Source: Patescibacteria group bacterium
Lineage (GTDB): Bacteria > Patescibacteriota > Patescibacteriia > PEXW01
Assembly: GCA_041671325.1 (NCBI GenBank)
Contig: JBAZBR010000001.1
Location: 153,771 to 217,770, forward strand
Length of the DNA stretch: 64,000 bases
Reading direction: 5' to 3'
Both the position numbers and the translations under genes were made by a program. Of the stretch, positions 58,183-64,000 are shown one piece after another (the first letter of the stretch is position 1; every line of letters starts with the position of its first letter). The notes beneath the pieces are model-generated. The model was not told the origin of the DNA. It saw nothing but the letters and a program-made list of their open reading frames with translations, and did not search any database.

Positions 58183-59859
58183 TTACAAAGTAATTGTTTG
58201 GTAGCAAAAGTTTGATTTTCCGCTTAAAGCTGCGTTTCTAACGTCGTCCAACAATCGGAGCCAGTTAGAAATGCCGCTCCCGACAGGGGAGGTTTTTGCT
58301 TTAGCGTAGCTCAAGAATTGGGGTTCGAACCGCAATGTTTTGACCAATGACATCTGCACGGCAGTTTGAATATCCCTCAGTGGTTTTTGCGGCTTTATTT
58401 GCAGAATTCCATTAAGAAGAACGAGGTTCGAACCTGTATAACACAGTATTGCCCGTTTGTCCTCAAGGGTGCCATTGTCGAACTGACCTTTCGCGGTATG
58501 AGCAAAGTCAAAGGCATCTTCGCAGGCCTTTAATACATGTTCGAAGCGAGCATCACTATCATTGAGAAGTTCCTTCAGTCGGAATTGTTCTTGCTCAAGG
58601 TCGGACTTCTTCGCTAGGTATTCATCATCATTGAGAAGACCACGCAAGCGCATGTTAACCAATTCTCCAAGTTCCTTTCTGCCTGCCTCAAAACGTCGAT
58701 GCAAAGAATTAAGAGTGGCACTGTCGGCCTTGCGTTCGTCATCATGAAGTTCTTTTAGGATTTCAATAGTCCAATCTCGAATTTCTCGGCTGATCGTGAG
58801 ACTGCCCAAGAAATCGGATATCTGTATTTCCAATGCGGCACGCTCAATTACGCGTTGGGTGCAGTTGACCGAACGCTTTCGTTTTGTACAATGATAGTAA
58901 ATGTACGTACGTCCGTTGCGGTTCGTTTTATGCTCGGCCGTGATAGCAGCGCCGCATTCCCCGCACTTTATCATTCCAGTGAATGCAAAATTATGTTGTT
59001 TCGGTCGAGGCCGGCTTGAAAGCCCCAGTATTTCCTGCACACGGTCGTATTCAGATTTAGAAATCATTGGTTGATGAGAACCAGTGAAGAGTTCGTTGTT
59101 GTAGAGAATAGCTCCATAGTAAAACGGATTTGTAAATATCCGGTAGATTGTCGAATATTGCACTGGACCGCCGCCCATTCGGACAAATTTGCGGGTACGA
59201 AGTGCAAGTTGATCTGTGGCAATCTGAAGCACTTTCCTTGGGGTAAAGCTTCCAGTTATCATCATATCCCACATCTTGCGAACTAAAGGAAACCGGACCG
59301 GATCTTTGATCACCGTATGTGTATTGCGGTCATTTAGATAACCCAAAGGCGGCATTCCTGGCATCCAACCTTGGGCGATTTTCGCCCGGAGGCCGCGTTT
59401 GACGTTGTCAGAGAGATCATCGACGTACTTTTTGGCCATGCCGAATTCAAGTTGCATCCAAAATTTGTCATTACCCGTATTCAGAAATGAACGCTGAGGA
59501 GTGTGGATGACTTTTAGCTTTTGTTCTTCCATCGCCCAGATGACGGCACCGCCATCAACCGGATTTCTGGCCAGGCGGTCAAGCTTCCAGCAGACAACCT
59601 GGTCGATTATTCCCTTTTGGACCAAGGCGAATAGTTGATTAAAGATCGGTCGGCCCGGAGATTTGGCCGATCGGGATTCCGTGAAGACTTTTTCAATGAC
59701 AAGTCCATCGTTTTCTGCAAAGGCCTTCAATTCGCGGACCTGAGATTCAATAGACAATATCTGTCGATCCTCAGATTCGCTCGATTTTCTAGCATAGATA
59801 ATAGTTTTGGACATATGGCTAATGTGGTTCATTATTAACCCTACTCCGAACTGCCCCAT
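58183..59859 (-). CDS. large serine recombinase (second paralog)
   Basis: It has IIYARKSSESEDRQ.LSIESQ with the catalytic Ser, the same architecture and zinc ribbon (YYHCTKRKRSVNCTQ) as 43437..45080. The likely start is MSKTIIY. Confidence 0.8.
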   Translation of the reverse strand: MGQFGVGLIMNHISHMSKTIIYARKSSESEDRQILSIESQVRELKAFAENDGLVIEKVFTESRSAKSPGRPIFNQLFALVQKGIIDQVVCWKLDRLARNPVDGGAVIWAMEEQKLKVIHTPQRSFLNTGNDKFWMQLEFGMAKKYVDDLSDNVKRGLRAKIAQGWMPGMPPLGYLNDRNTHTVIKDPVRFPLVRKMWDMMITGSFTPRKVLQIATDQLALRTRKFVRMGGGPVQYSTIYRIFTNPFYYGAILYNNELFTGSHQPMISKSEYDRVQEILGLSSRPRPKQHNFAFTGMIKCGECGAAITAEHKTNRNGRTYIYYHCTKRKRSVNCTQRVIERAALEIQISDFLGSLTISREIRDWTIEILKELHDDERKADSATLNSLHRRFEAGRKELGELVNMRLRGLLNDDEYLAKKSDLEQEQFRLKELLNDSDARFEHVLKACEDAFDFAHTAKGQFDNGTLEDKRAILCYTGSNLVLLNGILQIKPQKPLRDIQTAVQMSLVKTLRFEPQFLSYAKAKTSPVGSGISNWLRLLDDVRNAALSGKSNFCYQTITL

Positions 59860-59889
59860 AGGGGCAACCGAGAAAACGTTCGAACCCGT

Positions 59890-60123
59890 TTAATCGATAT
59901 CAGCATCTGATTTCATCAAGGTTTTAAAAAGATTGGTGAGTCTATTTGCTATCTCCCAGGCTTCCTTATCAGAGAGCTTATGACCAAATTCATCTTCATA
60001 GATGGCCTTAAGTTCTTCAATCGATTTCTGCGCTAATGGCATAAGCCCTAACCATAACAATCCCGTTAAGTCTGAACAGAGAGGAAATATTGCCTCTACG
60101 AGCAAACCAACCCAAAATGTCAA
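59890..60123 (-). CDS. hypothetical small protein
   Basis: It is an ORF. Confidence 0.3.
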   Translation of the reverse strand: MTFWVGLLVEAIFPLCSDLTGLLWLGLMPLAQKSIEELKAIYEDEFGHKLSDKEAWEIANRLTNLFKTLMKSDADID

Positions 60124-60184
60124 TTCCTTGGGTCATCCTTGTTTTTATCCACAGCGGGTTGCCTAGAGTGGCAATTGCAGGCAT

Positions 60185-60532
60185 TTGCATCCCTGCCCTA
60201 ATCTTGCTGTTACTGCTAGTTTAGTAATCAGGAGGGTATATTTTATGTCAAAAATCGCTCTTTCCCCGCGATTCCCAAATGATATCCGGCGGATTCGAAG
60301 ATCACGGCATCTAAGATTGAAGGATGTGGCCATTCTTATGGGTCAAAAATCAGTGGCACATATCTCGCACTGGGAAAAAGGTCGGAAGATTCCGTCTTTA
60401 ACAAATCTTTTCAAACTCGCGGCAATTCTGGGTATTCAGCCGGAATTCCTATTCCTCGAACTATACAGGCAGATTCGAAAAGATGTGCATGAACTCAACC
60501 AGAACCATAATATTTTCGAAAGGTATGACTGA
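60185..60532 (+). CDS. XRE-family helix-turn-helix transcriptional regulator
   Basis: It has the HTH region LRLKDVAILMGQKSVAHISHWEKGRKIPSLTNLFKLAAILGI. The likely start is the ATG at about 60245. Confidence 0.6.
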   Translation: MHPCPNLAVTASLVIRRVYFMSKIALSPRFPNDIRRIRRSRHLRLKDVAILMGQKSVAHISHWEKGRKIPSLTNLFKLAAILGIQPEFLFLELYRQIRKDVHELNQNHNIFERYD

Positions 60533-60797
60533 CCTTTGAAACGGATTCTCATATTGCATATCATGTTCCTCTATGTCAGCCGCATGATTGCCGGCACAAC
60601 TAATTCATTGGAATACAAGTGATTGTGCCTATTTTATGGGCACGACGCTGAGGCCATCGAGAGATCAGGTTGGGGCAAGATAATGCCTTGGGGAAAATCT
60701 TAGATTTCTACCGACAAATGGATAGGCGATTTTATGCGAAACATAAATGGGGACGAAACAGTATAGTGCCCCCACTTGGCAACTTTATGACACATCG

Positions 60798-61847
60798 TTA
60801 TCGCTTGATAATCTGTCGATATAGCAACAATTCATTTCCCTTAAAGGCGAACTTGCCATTGTCCTCAATGTCATATCGGATCAATGGGTGAACTGAAGTG
60901 TAAAGCCGAGTTGCGATTATACGTCCCCATTCGCAAAGAAATATCGAGACTCCGGAATCATCGACCAATTCAAAGAAATTTTCTTCCCAGGTCGTTTTCA
61001 ACCACTCTGGAGGCGACTCTGAGGCCCTATACGGAGTTGAATAGGCAATAGTGCCGAGCTCTCCAGATTCAATCCACTCAACAAGCCACGGATTTCCAAG
61101 CTTTGCTAATCGATCTCTATCTTTGGACGTTAGCGCCGCGCCGCCAAGAATTACTATGTTTGTTTCGTAATTCGAAAACAGTTCTTTTCCCTTCTCGAGG
61201 GCAGGCATAAATATTTCTCGCAGTACATTTGGTGATGTGGCCAAGATTTGGGGTTTCGTAATGACCAACGCCTTAAACAAGCGGTCCTTTTCAAGTAGTG
61301 CCTCTTTGTCCGATATCTTATACGCAAGAAACCTGAGACCAGTACAATATGTTGTCAACCCGAATTGAATCGCTGCCGACTTGAATATCTTTCCGGATAC
61401 ATGATCGCTCCTATAATTTCCAGATTCCGGTTCCGATTCTATCTGAATTCCAAAATCGTAAGGATATGGATCTGTACCGGGAAAGGTGATAAGAATCTTC
61501 TCTTCATGAAGCTTCAATTCACGAAACAGTTTACTGATTGGCTTCTGCATAATCAAGAATTCATCAGGACTCAAGTAGCTTATGAGTGGCGATCTAAATG
61601 GTTTGCCACCAGTGCTGACTTTCACAAATGAATCGGTAGGTCTTTGCGTCAACAGTTCTTCCACAAAACCATGATCATATAGGTTTGCGAGTTCTGACCT
61701 ATTGACAATCGGGATATTTCTAAAATCATTAATGGTGCATATCTCACGAATATGAATTCTGTTTCTCCAAAATATTGATTTATGACAATTCTCGACGACC
61801 TCCTTCAATTTTGGCAGGCTTGATAATATGTATTCATTTTCAGTCAT
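60798..61847 (-). CDS. adenylate-forming enzyme-like (PaaK / F390-synthetase / CapK family, tentative)
   Basis: The VSTGGKPFRSP segment resembles the family AMP-binding motif SSGTTGKP. The assignment is weak. Confidence 0.35.
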   Translation of the reverse strand: MTENEYILSSLPKLKEVVENCHKSIFWRNRIHIREICTINDFRNIPIVNRSELANLYDHGFVEELLTQRPTDSFVKVSTGGKPFRSPLISYLSPDEFLIMQKPISKLFRELKLHEEKILITFPGTDPYPYDFGIQIESEPESGNYRSDHVSGKIFKSAAIQFGLTTYCTGLRFLAYKISDKEALLEKDRLFKALVITKPQILATSPNVLREIFMPALEKGKELFSNYETNIVILGGAALTSKDRDRLAKLGNPWLVEWIESGELGTIAYSTPYRASESPPEWLKTTWEENFFELVDDSGVSIFLCEWGRIIATRLYTSVHPLIRYDIEDNGKFAFKGNELLLYRQIIKR

Positions 61848-61856
61848 ACGGTCATA

Positions 61857-62615
61857 TTATACCATGTTATATCGACAGTCATACAAATCGATGTCCAAAA
61901 GAGGGAAATATTCATTGAGTAGTCTAAACAACATAAGTACCGCTGGGCGTTCTAATGCATAATCATCGCAATTAATAGTGCAAAGCCCAAGATCCCTTGC
62001 GTATCGAATCGCGAAATCATCGGGATCGCCACTTAAGTAGCATTGGACTCCAATGTCACTCATAAAATCAATATCTTGAAGTGACATGGCCGAGCCAGCT
62101 ACGATACCGACCCGCTCAATAATATTCATTGGATCACCAGCGACAACAATATATTCAGGGTTTAATCTGGAATTGACATACACGGCGAATTCGCTCAGTG
62201 TCGTGGAGGGCATGGTTGTTACCACGTATTCGCCTGTTTGTGAAACAACCCGCAACTCAAGATTTGCGGCTAGTTGATACCCGGTGCCATGACTGGCCCT
62301 ATCAAGGTTATCATGAAGACTGTAAATCGCAATATTTGAACGATTTAAAAGATCGGTAATTTTACCCCACCATTTTTCGGGAGGAGGCCCAAACTTGGAT
62401 TGGAGAAGGAGGGGCCTATGAGTTATCAAGAGATCACACCTAGTATTGATACAATAACTGATCACATCGAGTGTTTTCTCATAGGAGACCACCACTCGCT
62501 TAACACCTATTCGATCTGATCCCCATTGAAGTCCGCTGGTATCCTGGGGGCCCTGTAAAGAGAGTGGAAAACGGGCCTCGAGGTAATCGATAATGGTTTT
62601 AGCATTCATTATCAC
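61857..62615 (-). CDS. Nif3-family (YqfO-like) dinuclear-metal protein
   Basis: It has an N-terminal LEARFPLSLQ...SGLQWG...VKRVVVSYEKTLDVISYCINTRCDLLITHRPLL pattern. Confidence 0.55.
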   Translation of the reverse strand: MIMNAKTIIDYLEARFPLSLQGPQDTSGLQWGSDRIGVKRVVVSYEKTLDVISYCINTRCDLLITHRPLLLQSKFGPPPEKWWGKITDLLNRSNIAIYSLHDNLDRASHGTGYQLAANLELRVVSQTGEYVVTTMPSTTLSEFAVYVNSRLNPEYIVVAGDPMNIIERVGIVAGSAMSLQDIDFMSDIGVQCYLSGDPDDFAIRYARDLGLCTINCDDYALERPAVLMLFRLLNEYFPLLDIDLYDCRYNMV

Positions 62616-63294
62616 AATATCGAATTGCTAGCCTTATTGCGAGTTTAGCCGCCAAGCGTTTAGCGAGCCGGCATTGGGTGAGAAGAGTTGGAATTCCCCG
62701 TACAACCTTAAGGCTCTGACCAAGGATCAAGTTATCGGAAACGTATAGAACCGCGATTGCTTGCACACCTCGAAAGCTACATTCATACATAAGCTCTGCC
62801 GCTTCTTGATCGATTACGGATACATAATTGCGCATGTCAAGTGGCACATTCCGCATTGCACTGACCAGATAGTTGACCGAACCACAACTTGCCACTCGCA
62901 CGGGAACATTTGATAATGCCGCTAATGAAAGAGCGTCCTTTATTAGCTTCGGGTCTAAGATCGTAACCTTTCCATCCAAAGTGGTAGTATAATTCGGTAT
63001 CACCAGGGTACCTATATTAATATGGGGATCGATACTTGCGCAAGCACCGCAGGATACGATTAACCGGAGAGCAGGAGGAAATGCATGCACGCATTTATGA
63101 GCTTCAATTCTTCCTTGGACAAAGTAGACGGATAGATAGATTGATCCGACGGTGAGGAATACATTATTGGATACTTTTTGGGCTGTAACAATAGGCGCTG
63201 CAGTCGCCATAAACCATTTCTGTTTCCATGCATAACCGTAGTGAGGAATTCTATTGCCACACATCACCAAGGATGATAACGCAGGGCTATTCAT
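62599..63294 (-). CDS. PNP_UDP_1 family nucleosidase/phosphorylase (MTA/5'-deoxyadenosine nucleosidase Pfs-like)
   Basis: It has VSCGACASIDPHINIGTLVI and EAAELMYECSFRGVQAIAVLYVSD family patterns. Confidence 0.5.
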   Translation of the reverse strand: MNSPALSSLVMCGNRIPHYGYAWKQKWFMATAAPIVTAQKVSNNVFLTVGSIYLSVYFVQGRIEAHKCVHAFPPALRLIVSCGACASIDPHINIGTLVIPNYTTTLDGKVTILDPKLIKDALSLAALSNVPVRVASCGSVNYLVSAMRNVPLDMRNYVSVIDQEAAELMYECSFRGVQAIAVLYVSDNLILGQSLKVVRGIPTLLTQCRLAKRLAAKLAIRLAIRYCDNEC

Positions 63295-64000
63295 GAGGTG
63301 TCCCCCAGTCGAATCTTAGCGGAATTTCCTTTTCTCGAAATACAATCCAATCCTCATCGATAAGGCGATATATCCTTTCAACCGTACCATAGTGTTTTAG
63401 GAGGGCAATCTGCGGTCGCGGATTAGCCTCTGCGCACATCATCATTACATTGTTAATACTTGGTTCGATAAGGCCAGCGTTTAGAAAATCACGTACCGGC
63501 TGAAACTGAACCGCGACATTACTCGGAAAGCCGGTTGCGGATTTGACATCGCGAAGAATTGCCTCAATATCGTCTTTTGTCGTATGCTCATGAATAATTA
63601 TTTTAAACTCAACGTTTGTGAATCTGGAAGCGTTGGACAAGGATTCCATCACCAAATCATAGGCGTCTTGCCCCGATGTATCACGGTATTTCCCTCGCGT
63701 ATCCTTTATATCAATTTTCACCGCATCGGCGTATTGACACATTGCAGTAACTCGGTCAGGAAATAATCCGTTAGTGGAAAATAATGTGGTAATTCCTTCG
63801 GCTTGTAGTGCATTCATAATTGAAATAGCGGCTTTGAAGTGGAGGGTGATTTCGCCACCAGTAACTACGACGGTATTGTAATATTCAAGCTCCCTTAATC
63901 TGATAAGAATTTCATTTACGGGCACGTCGGGGAATCTTTTTTCTAGAAAGTCGCGCCGGTGACAATAGTAACAGCGACAATTGCATGGGCCGGCTAATAT
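63287..64000 (-). CDS. radical SAM protein (NrdG/QueE-like small activase type). It is partial, and its N-terminus lies beyond the window end.
   Basis: The minus-strand read near the window end gives ...ILAGPCNCRCYYCHRRDF... with a CxxxCxxC motif, followed by VVVTGGEITL...STNG. Confidence 0.6.
   Translation of the reverse strand: MLAGPCNCRCYYCHRRDFLEKRFPDVPVNEILIRLRELEYYNTVVVTGGEITLHFKAAISIMNALQAEGITTLFSTNGLFPDRVTAMCQYADAVKIDIKDTRGKYRDTSGQDAYDLVMESLSNASRFTNVEFKIIIHEHTTKDDIEAILRDVKSATGFPSNVAVQFQPVRDFLNAGLIEPSINNVMMMCAEANPRPQIALLKHYGTVERIYRLIDEDWIVFREKEIPLRFDWGTPHE

Larger units (their letters stand above)
43426..60532. mobile_element. accessory/mobile-looking region adjacent to tRNA-Gln. It holds two serine recombinases, a primase-helicase, small hypothetical proteins, a Panacea-domain protein, an XRE regulator and a high-GC foreign block at 52609-56432.
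   Basis: The gene content and compositional heterogeneity (about 35% to 52% GC by eye) support the call. The boundaries are uncertain. Confidence 0.45.

Overview
This window is low-GC (about 38-40% by eye) and gene-dense, with many small membrane proteins and a bacterial-type translation and ATP-synthase gene set. My inference is that it comes from a Patescibacteria/CPR-like bacterium. The standard genetic code with TGA as a stop applies here, because metG, atpG and other well-delimited genes end in TGA. The backbone genes are an M16 peptidase (partial at the 5' edge), a PP2C-like protein, an AI-2E transporter, metG, cvpA, rsmI and a complete F1Fo ATP-synthase operon atpZ-B-E-F-H-A-G-D-C. Further backbone genes include a macro-domain protein, an SRAP/YedK peptidase, an HD-domain (p)ppGpp hydrolase, prmC-prfA-rpmE, rpsB-tsf, rpmG and an FtsB-like protein. 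The set is completed by a PrsA-like foldase, an RlpA plus D-Ala-D-Ala carboxypeptidase protein, ftsE-ftsX and six tRNA genes (Thr-GGT, Thr-TGT, Trp-CCA, Thr-CGT, Gly-CCC, Gln-TTG). The most striking accessory feature is a complete diversity-generating retroelement (DGR) at 5.8-8.5 kb. It comprises a target gene with a C-terminal variable region (VR), a template repeat (TR) about 430 bp downstream, an Avd-like gene on the opposite strand, and a reverse transcriptase carrying the LGxxxSQ and YADD motifs. All 12 VR/TR mismatches fall on TR adenines, and a GC-rich hairpin follows the VR. Other notable items are listed here. A heliorhodopsin gene sits next to a CheY-like receiver gene. A family of foldback MITE-like repeats is inserted in three intergenic gaps of the atp operon. 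A family of GC-rich palindromic mini-insertions is present, several sharing a GCGGCCGC core. Every intact tRNA-Thr(TGT), Thr(CGT), Trp and Gln gene is shadowed by a degenerate paralog with hairpin insertions in the D, anticodon and T loops. tRNA-Thr(GGT) is enclosed in a 17-bp leader/trailer inverted repeat. A candidate small RNA on the minus strand has a consensus promoter and an intrinsic terminator. An accessory, mobile-looking region of about 17 kb lies next to tRNA-Gln. It contains two paralogous large serine recombinases, a primase-helicase, a GIY-YIG nuclease, a Panacea-domain protein and an XRE regulator. It also includes a high-GC block encoding an M23/FG-GAP protein with a T9SS-type C-terminal sorting domain, and a DUF1524-like nuclease. 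No CRISPR array was seen.
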